Below are positions 40,901 through 52,753 of a stretch of 64,000 bases of DNA, piece after piece. The stretch comes from Euglena gracilis (Eukaryota): positions 49,765,847 through 49,829,846 of the forward strand of contig CP154954.1 of assembly GCA_039621445.1 (NCBI GenBank), written 5' to 3'. Both the position numbers and the translations under genes were made by a program. The notes below the pieces were generated by a model. The model searched no databases and had not been told where the DNA came from. It saw only the letters and a program-made list of their open reading frames with translations. Every line of letters begins with the position of its first letter. The stretch's first letter is position 1.

Positions 40901-43900
40901 ATGCTCTAGAGCATCCTGTAGGGTCCGCTCGAGGTCGCTCGAGGATGCTCTAGAGCATCCTCGAGGTCGCTCGAGGATGCTCTAGAGCATCCTCGAGTGT
41001 CGCTCGAGGTCGCTCGAGGATGCTCGAAAACATCCTCGAGTGTCGCTCGAGGTCACTCGAGGATGCTCGAAAACATCCTCGAGTGTCGCTCGAGGTCGCT
41101 CGAGGATGCTCTAGAGCATCCTCCTGCGTACACACATGCACGTATAATGAGACTCAGAACAGATTTCGAACAGGGCACTTTGTTGGATTGGCATTGGCAG
41201 TGGGGGACCATGAATTGAGCAACCCTTGCAGGCACCACACAGCAGGCACCCCTCGAGCTGTAACTCAACTGTTCGAGGGCCCCAAAATAACAAAATCCCT
41301 TGTGTTTCCAAGTCGTTTCGGGGGCAAATCCCTTGTGTTTCCAAGTCGTTTCGGGGAGCAAATCCCTTCTGTTGCTCAACTGTTCGAGGGCCCCAAAATA
41401 ACAAAATCCCTTGTGTTTCCCAGTCGTTTCGGAGCAAATCCCTTCTGTTGCTCAACTGTTCGAGGGCCCCAAAATAACAAAATCCCTTGTGTTTTCAGTC
41501 GATTCGGGGTGCAAATCCCTTCTGTTGCTCAACTGTTCGAGGGCCCCAAAATAACAAAATCCCTTGTGTTTCCCAGTTGTTTCGGGGGGCAAATCCCTTG
41601 TGTTTCCAAGTCGTTTCGGGGAGCAAATCCCTTCTGTTGCTCAACTGTTCGAGGGCCCCAAAATAACAAAATCCCTTTGTGTTTCCCAGTCGTTTCGGGG
41701 GGCAAATCCCTTGTGTTTCCAAGTCGTTTCGGGGAGCAAATCACTTCTGTTGCTCAACTGTTCGAGGGCCCCAAAATAACAAAATCCCTTGTGTTTCCAG
41801 TCGATTCGGGGGGCAAATCCCTTCTGTTGCTCAACTGTTCGAGGGCCCCAAAATAACAAAATCCCTTGTGTTTCCCAGTCGTTTCGGGGGCAAATCCCTT
41901 GTGTTTCCAAGTCGTTTCGGGGAGCAAATCCCTTCTGTTGCTCAACTGTTCGAGGGCCACAAAATAACAAAATCCCTTGTGCTTCCAAGTTGTGTCGGGG
42001 GGCAAATCCCTTCTGTTGCTCAACTGTTCGAGGGCCCCAAAATAACAAATCCATCGTGTTTCCAAGTTGTTTTGGGGGACATACATGCATGCATATACGT
42101 AGGAGGATGCTCGAGATGTCGTTCGAGGTCGCTCGAGGTCGCTCGAGGATGCTCGAAAACATCCTCGAGCTCGCTCGAGGAGCTCTAGAGCATCCTCAAG
42201 TGTCGCTCGAGGTCGCTCGAGGATGCTCTAGAGCATCCTCGAGTGTCGCTCGAGGTCGCTCGAGGATGCTCTAGAGCATCCTCCAGCGACGCTCGAGGTC
42301 GTTCGAGGATGCTCGAAAACATCCTCGAGTGTCGCTCGAGGTCGCTCGAGGTCACTCGAGGATGCTTTTTAAGCCCCCCCCCTGGAGGGGGGGGCTTAAA
42401 AACGCTCGAGGATGCTCGAGATCGAGCGCTCGATCTCGAGCATCCTCCTACGGTAACCTCCCCCCCCCCCCGGGGTTGAAAATGCCTTCCCCCCCCCACA
42501 CACTCCTGGTTGATAGACCGGAGGGAAAATACTGCATCAATTTCTGCGCAATGAAATTGGAAAAGAAACACCATGACATCATTCGCTGTCACAGGGCGCC
42601 GCTGCCTGCCAGCAGAACTCTTCCTCATCCTTCTCCTCCTCCGCCAGCGTCTTGCGCATGCACTCCGCGAAGTTCTCAAACTCCGCCGTCAGGTCCGAGG
42701 GTCCAGCCACAGCCTCCGCAGGGGAGGCATCGGCCGCTGGGGTCTCGTCGCGCGCTGTGAGAGGCTGCACACAGGTGCCCACCAGGCAACAGTGGTCGTT
42801 CCAGTGCAGGACTGCAAACCAAACTTCCAAACAGGCTCCAAACGCATTTGACTCTGCGGCCCACCCTGCCCACCCTGCATACGCCATCGGAGAATCAGTC
42901 GCCCAGGATTGGCGCAAACGAGGAGATGCACTTCTCTCATCAAAACAGAAGCAACCATTTTGATGAGCAAATGCCGGGTGATCAAGCATAACCCATTGGA
43001 AATCCTGTGGAATCATGGTGGAAACACACAGGAAACAAGACAATCTCTGGGGGAGGACAGTTCCCCGGGGGGGATACACATCCATATAATTTAATGCTTC
43101 CATTCATCGAGCAGATTGAGCGCCCGCCTAGCCGCAGCAGTGTTGAGGAGGGCGACGTTGTGCGCCGCGGGGGGGATGGCGATGACCTGGCCCGCTGGGT
43201 GGGACACCACGATGGGGCCACGGCGGCCCTGGGGTCGCCTCCGACACATCATGACAATGGGAAATGGTATGCATGGGACTGATAACCGGACACAACAAGA
43301 AGAGGCATTTACATTGGAGCACCACCACCACAGCCATCACAGCCCAGGAAGCAAGAACAATGCAATGAGGGGTGGCCATGGGCGGGGTGCAGCTTGTTGC
43401 ACTTGGCGCCGAACTTGCATTGGCCGGTCATGGCCAGGCACCTATGGTCACTTCCCATTTTGGTGCTCTGGTCGGCCCTGGTCGGCCCTGGTCGGCCCTG
43501 GTCAGCCCTGGTCAGCCCTGGTCGGCCCTGGTCGGCAAATAGTCGGCCATAGGTGGGGGTATCCGTCACAGAAAAAAAGATTGTGAAAAATGACCCAAAA
43601 TTACCAAAATGGCAAATTTGCCAAATCAGTGACTGCGGTGGGCTGAAAATGGTTAAAAATGGCCAAAAGTGGGCAAAGGCCAAAGAAAAGCTGTTTTGGC
43701 CACTACTTTTGCAAATCCAGAAGTTGCACCTGGCGCAAAATGCTCAAAAATGGTCAAATTGGACCAAAAAGAGACCAAAAAAATGGGGAGAATAACAAAA
43801 AAAGGTCGAAAATGGCTTTAAATGGTCAAAAATGGCCCAAGAGCAGGACAAAATGGCCCAAAATTACAAGAAGTGCGCAAAAAATGGCCAAAAATGGTCA

Positions 43901-44813
43901 AAATAGGTCAAAATTGGTGAATTATGGTGACAAATGGGCCAAAAGGGGACAAAAGCGACCTAAAATGGCCAAAAGCGACCAAAAGCAGCCAAAAGTGACA
44001 GCCAGATGAGCCAGAAAAATCTCAAAATCTGGGATAAAAAATGAGCCTAATTCCTCATTCTCACTGAAAAATTGACATCAATTAGAAAAAAGTTGCGCGG
44101 TCGGCTGCGGTCGGCTGCGGTCAGCTGCGGTCGGCTGCGGTAACCCGCGGTCGATGCTGCCGGGCCAGCATCGCCCTGCATCGCCCAGCATCGCCCAGCA
44201 TCATCAGAGGTGCTTGGTCCAGAGGGAAAGCTGCTGAATTCCTTCATCCATTCCCCTTCCGTCGGCCAACCACATGCAAGTCGGCCCTGGTCGGCCCTGG
44301 TCGGCCCTGGTCGGCCATAGGTGCCTGGTCATGGCCCACACCTCGCAGATCTCCCGCCCGGCCTGCGCCTCCACCGCCTCCGACAGCTGTTGGTACGCTG
44401 TGAGGTCCGGGTGGACGAAGCGGCACTGGGAACACTGCGGCCGGCGTATCAAACGTTCCAGCCCTCCCCGCAAGAGGATGAAGCACCAATGTAATACCAA
44501 TACTCCAGGTCATTGCGTGCACACGCAGCACAGCAGGAACAGTGGCATTCAAATTCATTTCACATTTATGCCACAAGGCTTTAAGATCTGAATGGAGCAG
44601 AGGCACAAGGTATTTCTGAATGACCAGTTCTTCAGACTAATGCACTGCGGGAATTTCATACTTTGCCCACAACACCTCGCGGACGCCGGGCGCAGGGCGC
44701 TCCCTGGTGCACTTGCCCTTCAGGAAGTCGAGGCAGACACTGAGGCCGGCCTCTGCCTTGGGCTTGCGGCCCCTCCGGTGCACGGTGGTCGAGGCGTTGG
44801 TTGTGGGGGCCAT
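37909..44813 (-). CDS. Tandem CCCH zinc-finger protein, paralog C (214 aa, 7 exons, two transposon-derived introns)
   Basis: Exons 44699..44813, 44331..44427, 43384..43429, 43134..43213, 42608..42762, 39848..39941, 37909..37966 = 645 nt, open frame MAPTTNASTTVHRRGRK...LIDIFRDLNLVAC*. Exons 97+46 nt sum to the 143-nt exon 2 of the other paralogs. The acceptor at ~42762 is uncertain by a few nt. Confidence 0.82.
37997..39282. mobile_element. Nested CAG...CTG TIR element inside the family-2 MITE
   Basis: Ends CAGGGGGG..AAATGCAACTTG / CAAGTTGCATTT..CCCCCCCTG, flanked by CCTGGGG(G) repeats. ATGCAAAAAA subterminal repeats. Confidence 0.75.
38229..38951. mobile_element. Third-level nested inverted-repeat element
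   Basis: Perfect 30-bp inverted repeat TATTGCAAAAACTGGCTCCTACACTAGACA (38229-38258 / 38922-38951). A CCTCCTGGA 9-mer lies near both ends (38216-38224, 38955-38963). Confidence 0.65.
40293..40705. mobile_element. TA-flanked MITE (Tc1/mariner-pogo-like)
   Basis: TA|CCCCCCCCCCATGTCCAATGACC ... GGTCGTTGGACATAGGGGGGGGGG|TA. The same family occurs at 35715-36319 and at the window start (1-102). Confidence 0.75.
40868..42459. mobile_element. Foldback-like TIR element with CTCGAG/TCTAGA-rich arms
   Basis: Ends CAGGGTTACGGTAGGAGGATG / CATCCTCCTACGGTAACC. The arms (40900-41125, 42100-42445) are built of palindromic GCTCGAGGATGCTCTAGAGCATCCTCGAG units. A related end lies at 21900-22000. Confidence 0.65.
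41263..42075. repeat. Minisatellite, 9 units of ~76 or ~112 bp
   Basis: Nine occurrences of CAACTGTTCGAGGGCC, each followed by one or two copies of an AAATCCCTTGTGTTTCCAAGTCGTTTCGGGG subunit. Confidence 0.9.
43435..44327. mobile_element. hAT-like MITE family 1 inserted in exon 2 of paralog C (forms predicted intron 43430-44330)
   Basis: Perfect 13-bp TIR CAGGCACCTATGG...CCATAGGTGCCTG, perfect 8-bp TSD GTCATGGC (43427-43434 and 44328-44335), and (GGTCGGCCCT)n subterminal repeats. The site is empty in paralogs A, B and D. Confidence 0.93.
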
Positions 44814-47800
44814 TGGATTGCGGTGAAAGGCTGGGGAAAGAAGACTGTGCGGCACAAGGGGAGGGGCAAAAGAGCGACAACGTGCGTTGGGCGGCACTAG
44901 GGCCAAACTTGAAATGGGGGACAAATATCGAGCAGCGCTGATATTCTCAGCAAACAGAAGAAAAGACAGAAAAAATCAGCAGGTGGAAAGGATTGTGTGG
45001 ATATCATCCTTCAGTGATTGTGTGTGTGCCATGCGTGCGTTTCCTTTCAATCTTCGATTATTGAACAATTTCAAAGCCGATGGGAAAAATATAATCCCAT
45101 GCCAACTTCACCTCCCAATCCACCATGTTTGGCACTTTCATTCAAAATACCTGCTCTTGTCAATTGTCAAAATGGGTGGGGGAAGGTGGGTGGCAAATTG
45201 GCTGGAAATAGGACAGATTGCCGAGCGGGGGCTTGATAAACACACACAATCCGACTCTAATGTGGGGACTTAGCAAGCAAGCACTGCTGCAAAAAAAAAG
45301 CGTTTGCAGCGCGACAACACTGGAAGGCAATTCATTGGGGGAGTGGATGGATGGCTCAAGGAGCCCAGGGGCGTCTTGGCAACGCAGGCGGCCGCCTGGG
45401 GCCGCGGCACTGGACGTTGGAGGAGGGATGGGAGGGCCTGGGGTGGACTGCCATGCGGCTGCCCCATCCGGAGAGTTCACGCCATCGGTTCGGGAATTGA
45501 GGGTATCAATGGATGACGTGGAAAGACCAATTCGACGCTTTTTCTGCAAAAGCACTGTGATAAGAATTCGGAAGAAATGGGGGGACTCTGCTGTGACAAG
45601 TGGCAGCGGCTGTCAAAGTGCCGGGGCAGGAATATATACCTGGAATTGGGTTTGGACCCGTAACACCATACCTCCCCCCCCCAAGCCCAATGAACACTAA
45701 GGTGACAATCTAGATGGTCCGAACGGGGGGTGTTCATTGGGCATGGGGGGGGGGGGAGGTACCATTGTTTATCACCCCCAGGGATGATCACTTTCCACTT
45801 TCAAAAAACCAGTGTCAGTCACCTTTGGGGTCGGTCACTCTCACTCAGTTAGGGTGGCAATAGACAGAATTGCTTGCCAAAGTGTAAAGAAAAATGCGCA
45901 CGTTGAAACGACATGGGATGGGCCAGGACAGACAGGGATCCTTCAGGCTGCTCTGGCGTCTAAGGTGCAGAATGGAGCACCCTGGCGACGTTCCGGGACG
46001 GTTTTTGATGGCCAAAGGTCACCAGCAGTTCCTGCGTGCAACTGCTCCTACCTCGCATGATCACACCCTGCAGAGGGGTTTCGTGCGCACACATGTGTAG
46101 GTGTGCGCCATGGGTTGCATGTTCCACGCTGCATGTGTATGTGTTGACGTTGGTCCGTTTCCAGTGTTCTATTGTTGCAGAAGAAATTATAATCTTCGGA
46201 GTGTCTGCCTGATTTTGACCTTGGATGTTTGGATAATTTTATTTTTTTCTTACAAAAAGGGTGTACGCACACACACGCACACGGACATATGCAAGCATGT
46301 GCATCACAAACATATACACCTACCCTTTGTTTGGTTAGAGATGGGTTTGGTTGAAAAAAAAATCGGACCTTTCCTCTATTGCCTTAGAAAGAGCATGGAA
46401 AACAAGATTAAGCAGTCAAATCAGTCAATCTACCTCTAAAATGTGGCGGAAACCACATCAAGCAACTGCATGACAGAGCTTGGTCAAAGCGACCGAGGGG
46501 GGCTTTGAGGATATTGGGGGTAGGAGGCTTCAAGCAGGGTGGCCCATCCTTCCTTTGCCTCTCCGTGACCGCTCGACAGCTGGATGGAGGAGGGGAGGGA
46601 AGCCCCCCACACCAGTTTAATATTTGGACATCTGACGCTCCATCAGGCGGACTCCCAACCCATGGCAATGTTCAGGGATGTTCACGCAGCGCGTGCGAAC
46701 ACCTCACTCTGTCAATGGCATGGGATGACAAACGGACGGCAATGACGAATCAACTCCTTTTGTTCAGGACCAGGCCATTGCTGAAGGACCCCGGGGGGTC
46801 TAATGGAAAAAATGGACTGGTTAGACCACACCCTCCCCCCCACGGTGGGGTCGGGGGTTCCCCCAACTGGAAAGAAATTATTCCTCAAGCACTGCGCGCC
46901 GAGGTGGAAATGAGGTTTTTAATGCATTTTTGGCTGATTTACTCAAAAAAAATCCAAAGCTGGCCGAAAATGGGCATTTTTTTGGCCAGTTTTGGCGGTC
47001 CAAAAAAAATTCGGTGCTTCGCACTGGTCACTGGAAAAAAATTACAGGGGGTCTGCTAGGATTTCCGCTGGCCAAATTTGGACTAGCGGCAGTCCAGCCC
47101 CCTCACCCCCCCCCCCCCGGGTGCTGCGAACCCTTATGCAAAGGACTGTTCAGGATCTTTTTGATTTTGGGGTGACATTGGCCAAAGACAACGGGGGATT
47201 CCGAAAAAAAAAACATAGCACTCACTCCCCTGGGGGGTCAGACACCACTCAAGCAAAATTGAAAAGATCAAATAACCCTCCTACAAAAAATATCAGGGGT
47301 TGAAAATATGTTGGAATATCCAAAGAAAATTAAACTATTCCAGAAATATGCTGTGGACAAAGGAGTGAGTGTCAATGACATGAGTTGCAAAATTTGGCAA
47401 AACACGCAGTTTTTTTTTGCCAGAATATAGCAAAAAAACACACCCCCATTTGAGGAATGAAACCCTCCATTGTACATTTATGTGGACTGAAGGAGAAAAA
47501 GCATTGCAGAAAATCCGCAGAAATTTGCAGAAAACTATGATACGAACTCACCCCGTTTGCATAATTGTGGTCACGAGACCAAACAATCGCCATTTTATCC
47601 CAACATTGGAACATGAGCCGAAAAAATAAATAAAAAAGCCTGTAAAAAATCTTCATTGGACAGGTGAGCAAAAACAAGGGTATGAGACAGGTCCCTATGG
47701 GACATGTTAGCAGTTTCAGAGGGCAGAGAAGACAAATTCCCGTAGGGGGGTATGCCGGTTCCATTTCATTAATAAATGCAAATGGGGCGACCATGACAAG

Positions 47801-48327
47801 AAAGGGTCAATTCTTTTAAAGCAACATGCCACCAACCGAGCGAAAAGATGAGCCTTGTGAGTGTGAGACACCGAGCCGAAAGCCAAGGTTTTGCGAGCCG
47901 GAACGCCAGGAGGGAGAAATTGAGGGGGAAAAAAGCAACTTTGAGACTGGTGGCGTGCAAAATAATATCCACAAAAAAATCATCAGAAAAACGGCGCATG
48001 AGAAAAGCGAAACAGGATTTTTATGAGGTCGAAGTCAAACGACGGGAAAAGAGGTGGAAGGGTCAGAATGGAGAAACGAGATAAAGCACATGCCATTGTC
48101 ATCCTCCAAAAAGTTTGTCGAGAACGGCAAGCTGGCAAGCACAAACTGTCGCACCCTCCCACAATCGGGGCACCACCCAGACGACACCAAGTTGCCCTTG
48201 CCATACGGCAGCCCACGCATGGGCTGCGCTCGGGAGCCGCAGGGCGGCGAGGGGGCAGAGAGGGAACACTTACGCAGCGGCGGCCATGCGCGGTGCCTCC
48301 GGACGCGTGGGCCGGCGCACGGGCTCT

Positions 48328-51300
48328 TCAGCAGCCGACGAGGTTCAGGTCGCGGATGATGTCCAGCAGCGCGCTGTCGACGCCGAGCACCGACTGCAGG
48401 AACCGCCGCGCCGCGGAGTACTGAGGCACTGCCTCCTCCTCTCCTCCGCCAACTCCTTCCCGGCCAGCGCCTTGCCGGAGGGCTGGTGCCAGCGCGGCCC
48501 CGCTCCGTACACCCATGGCCAAATAGGCGGAAGGAGTGGGGCGGTCTCTACCAGGCTGTTTTTTTTTAACCAACCCCGGGGGGGATGGGGGGTCCGGAGT
48601 GCCCTTGATTCAGGGGGGGGGGAATTGATATCGGAGGCCTTCGGAAAAATTGCGGAAAAATTGCGGAAATTGCGGAAAAATTGCGGAAAAATTGATATCG
48701 GGAATATACACATTTCTGCTTGGGGGGACTTAGAAAATTTTCAATTGTGAGGTTCAGAACACCGCAACACCCACGTCGATGCACGCGAGCACAAATCAAC
48801 ACGCTTGATGTTCTTTGCACAGGTGGGACGCACCCAATCCTGTGACCAGTGGTGCACATGTGAGAAAAATTGGTAAACTGGGGGGGGGGGAATTGATATC
48901 GGAGGCCTTCGGAAAAATTGCGGAAAAATTGCGGAAATTGCGGAAAAATTGCGGAAAAATTGATATCGGGAATATACACATTTCTGCTTGGGGGGACTTA
49001 GAAAATTTTCAATTGTGAGGTTCAGAACACCGCAACACCCACGTCGATGCACGCGAGCACAAATCAACACGCTTGATGTTCTTTGCACAGGTGGGACGCA
49101 CCCAATCCTGTGACCAGTGGTGCACCTGTGAGAAAAAGTGGTAAACTGGGGGGGGAACAACAAAACACAATAGCACACCTGTTGATCCATTTGAAGAATG
49201 GCTTGAACTCATTGCATCTTCCATCTTCGGTGGTGGGGAAAAAATTCTTCAAAAAAATGGTGAAAAAATTGCGGAAAAATTGCGGAAATTGCGGAAAAAT
49301 TGCGGAAAATTGCGGAAATTGCGGAAAAATTGCGGATATCAATTTCCTCCCCCCCCCTGCTTGAATGCCGGCCCAGGCAGGCACTACCCTTCCCCCTGGG
49401 GGGGTCGGATTTCGGCCTGTGCCCAGGAACTTTCCTCAGAAAATAGGCCATTTTTGAGCCTTCCGGCGCCGTAGTGCCCGCCAGGCACATCTGGCTGAGT
49501 CCTACCTCCCCCCCGGGGGGGTCGGATTTGGAGTGCCTTGGAGTTCCTGCCCAGGCAGGCACCCCCCCCTTAGTTGCACTAAGGCTTCTTGTCTGTTTAT
49601 GGCCGGCGCGTTTATGGCAGACACCCCCCCCCCCCCGGGTGGGGTAGGCACCCGACTAAAATGCCGCCTGGTCCCCACAGGAGCTGGGTTGAAAGAGAAC
49701 CCCCAACGATTCACGGAGGGGGGGGTGCCGAGGAGAGGTTACAAGCATTTTGGCTGGGAGCAGCCAACCAAGAAGTTGACTCTTTGGTTTAAAGACAACA
49801 AAAAATGACACCTCTCCATGGTTGGACGTCGTTCGGTAGCTGCCAGCCACGGCGCAAACCAACCAATGAAAAAAATGCAAAACTGTCGTTATATTGGCCT
49901 CCACAGGGTTCTGAGCGTACCAAAGAGCCGCCCAACATTGCCGTTTGCTCTAAACACACTAATTTCAGTAATTTCTCTGGTTGGAACCATGGCAGGCTGC
50001 AGCCAACCTCGGAGGCCAAACTACAATCAAAGGAAAAACTCGGGCCTCATGCTTGCAGGGGGAGGCTGCGTTTCCAACCAAAATTAATGAATGAATGGTT
50101 GTGCTGGGTATTTCTCACCACCCATGAGGCAATTTTCGGTCATTCCTGGGCTATTTAAGCTGTGTTAAGTCACTTTGGGCCTTTGGGGGTTTTGGCCTCT
50201 GCCGCCCTTCATAACAATCACGAAAAATGCACTGGTCGGCTGGATGACCTCAAATGGCGGGGCAGACCGACATTACAATCCCCCTTTGAAAGCAGTCCCC
50301 TCTCCTCTGATGACCATCCAGCACTTTTAACGTCTAGATTCTCCAGCAACTCAGAAATGAGTAAATTACCCGCCTGAAAGATGACGCACAAATACCCCAA
50401 CGAACTAAAACAAATGCATCTGGACGACATTTGGCAAAATGATGCTGGGGAGGGGATTTTGTCAGGAAATCCCCTCCCCAAAGGGTAGCGCTGAACGCCA
50501 ATGGTAGTCCTCCTCCTCTTCCTCCGCCGGCGCCGACTTGTTCCGCATGCACTCCGCGAACCTCTCCAACCCCGCCGTCACGTCCGGAGCCTTGGGACCA
50601 ACGGCCGCCGCGGCGCCGGGGTTGCCGCTGGGGGACTCCCCCCGGCGGGCCTCAACCGCCGCGGGGGCCACGACGTGCTGCACGGACCGCACGGCTGGGG
50701 TTGGCACGGGGGCCGGGGCGAGGCCTGGGGCGGAGATGGCGACGGCCTGCCGCGTCGGGCTGGCCACCACGATGGGGCCAGGGGCCGTGCCGCCTGGGCG
50801 GCGAGGGGAGCCCAACCCGGTCGGCCATGAGGGTCGGAGGCGGTCGGGGAGGCAGAACAGGCATTTGCTTAAGGACCCGGGGGGGTGGGGGTACTGGCTA
50901 CCCAATCGGCTAGACCTGGGAAAAAAAGACCTAGCTAGACCCCCCCCTCCCCCCCCGGGGGGGGGGGGTCCGGGGGTCCCCCGTACCGGAAAAAAAATTT
51001 TCCCCCGGCGCTGCACGCCGGAGGAAAAACGAGGTTTTTAATAGGTTTTTGGCTGATTTTGTTCAAAAAATTCCCAAAAATGGCCAAAAACGGGCATTTT
51101 TGGCCATTTTTGGGGTCCCCCAAAAAATTTTCGGCGCTTCGCGCCGGTCACTGGGAAAAAAATTTTCCACTTGCTACCCCCCCCCCCTAGTCGTATGACT
51201 GGGTTCCTGCAACCTGTGACCGGGGGGGGTGGTCATAACACCCCCATAACCTGCAACCTGTGACCGGGGGGGTGGTCAAAACGAGGGGGCGGTTGTAGGT

Positions 51301-52753
51301 AAGGTGGTGTTAAATTTTTCGCAACCTGCAACCTGTGACCGGGGGGTGGTCATAAATGAGGTGTGGTCATACGACTAGGGGGGGGTACCCTGCTAGCAGA
51401 CCCCCCTGGGGGGTCTGCTAGAAATCCCAGTAGCCAAATTTGGATTAGCTGCAGTCCAGCCCCCCCCCCCGGGGGGGGGTTCAGCAAATGCCTGAGGCAG
51501 AAGTTCATTTAACACTTGTCGACCACACCTCCCCGGGGCAGTGGGTGAGCTGGGGCCGCCGGACGTCCCCCCCACCCCCGCGGGTGCGCCATTGGCACGA
51601 AAGTTTCCTTTTTTCAAGGATTTCGGCCGTGGTGGTACCCCTAGGGGGGGGGGGTTTGGTTGGGAGGGTTTTCGAGAAAAAAAATTGGTCGGTGGGTTTA
51701 GGCCACGGAGGACAGTACCCACCTCCCAGGGGTCACTGCCCCCCTATGTCCAAACAACCCCCAGGTCAGAGGACAGATTGTTGAAGACATGGGGGGTAAA
51801 GGATCTATGGCTGGTAAATATTCAGCAATGACAAGAACGGAGGGGCGGCCCTGGGCGGGGTGCAGCTTGTTGCACTTGGCGCCGAACTTGCACTGGCCGG
51901 TCATGGCCCACACCTCGCAGATCTCCCGCCCGGCCTGCGCCTCCACCGCCTCCGACAGCTGCTGGTACGCCGTGAGGTCCGGGTGGACAAAGCGGCACTG
52001 GGACCACTGCGGCCGGCGTATCACACATTCTAGTTTGTGAAGAATGAAATGCAATGACTTGGCTGCAACTACTGACAAAATACACAGCCGCATCAAATCC
52101 CAAAAAAAATTCCTCAGACTGAATACCGGAAAAATGAAACAAAAAACAAAGAACAACACAAGAAAACAGAAAAATCTCTGCATCATAGCCACGCAGAATT
52201 ACCTGTGGACGAATCTGCAAGCGCTCACATAAATGAATCAATGTGCAGTGCAAATGAAACCAGCAACTGATTGGGTTACAGTATCCAAGAGCACACCAAG
52301 TTTCTTGGTGTACTTGAATATCTGGCACCTTGGATCCTGACAGTTTCCTAGGGTGGTTTACAAGGAAAAGAATTACTATTGGTTGTTTGTCTTCAATAAC
52401 GACTAACCTGTCGCATCCTGGCTGGATTTGACAAACCCCAGGGAGGGAGTGGCCTCTCGGAGTGCCCTAGAGTGCCTGGGCAGGCAAGCCCCCCCGGGGG
52501 GGGGGGGTTGGTGAATGCCTGGGAGGGTGGGGATTATTACCAATGATTGCTACTGATACCGATGCATTCAGGCCACACACACGACCCCGTTCCCAGGAAC
52601 AGTGTCACCCGGCACCCGAAACGTCAGGCCGAGCTCAGGCTGCTCCCGCGTGCACTTCCCCTTCAGGTAGTCGAGGCACACGCCGTGCCCGGCCTCCACC
52701 TTGGCCTTGCGGCCCCTCCGCACCGCTGTCGAGGCGTGGGCTGTGGGCGCCAT
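48328..52753 (-). CDS. Tandem CCCH zinc-finger protein, paralog B (near-identical to A; apparent frameshift in last exon)
   Basis: Exons 52642..52753, 51857..51999, 50497..50773, 48328..48484. The first three have the same lengths as in A (112/143/277 nt) and the same junction motifs. The last exon has 5 extra nt in the GAG run at 48433-48446, which shifts the frame (stop at 48345) unless this is a sequencing error. Confidence 0.8.
48552..49670. mobile_element. 8-bp-TSD element with nested insert in intron 3 of paralog B (absent from A)
   Basis: Ends CAGGCTGTTTT...AAAATGCCGCCTG. TSD GTCTCTAC / GTCCCCAC. A carries a single GTCTCTAC at ~60023-60030. Confidence 0.7.
48613..49155. repeat. Near-perfect tandem duplication of a ~268-bp unit
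   Basis: GGGGAATTGATATCGGAGGCCTTCGG...GGTAAACT occurs twice head-to-tail and contains AATTGCGGAAA repeats. Confidence 0.85.
50858..51494. mobile_element. 8-bp-TSD MITE in intron 2 of paralog B (absent from A)
   Basis: TIR CAGGCATTTGCT...AGCAAATGCCTG and perfect TSD AGGCAGAA. The empty site in A is near 61679. Relatives occur near 17068, 46771 and 58249. Confidence 0.88.
51177..51385. mobile_element. TA-flanked MITE nested in 50858-51494
   Basis: TIR C(n)TAGTCGTATGAC with TA on both sides. Internal GCAACCTGTGACCGGGGGG repeats. Confidence 0.75.

Noticed and set aside
41263-42075. CRISPR-like regular repeat array
   Set aside because: The intervening sequences are copies of each other rather than unique spacers, there are no cas genes, and the context is eukaryotic. 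It is a minisatellite.
10560-44813. Paralogs C and D as transposon-killed pseudogenes
   Set aside because: After removing the elements, both frames are fully open with all zinc ligands intact, and TSD mutations avoid the exonic halves. This is not formally excluded without RNA data.
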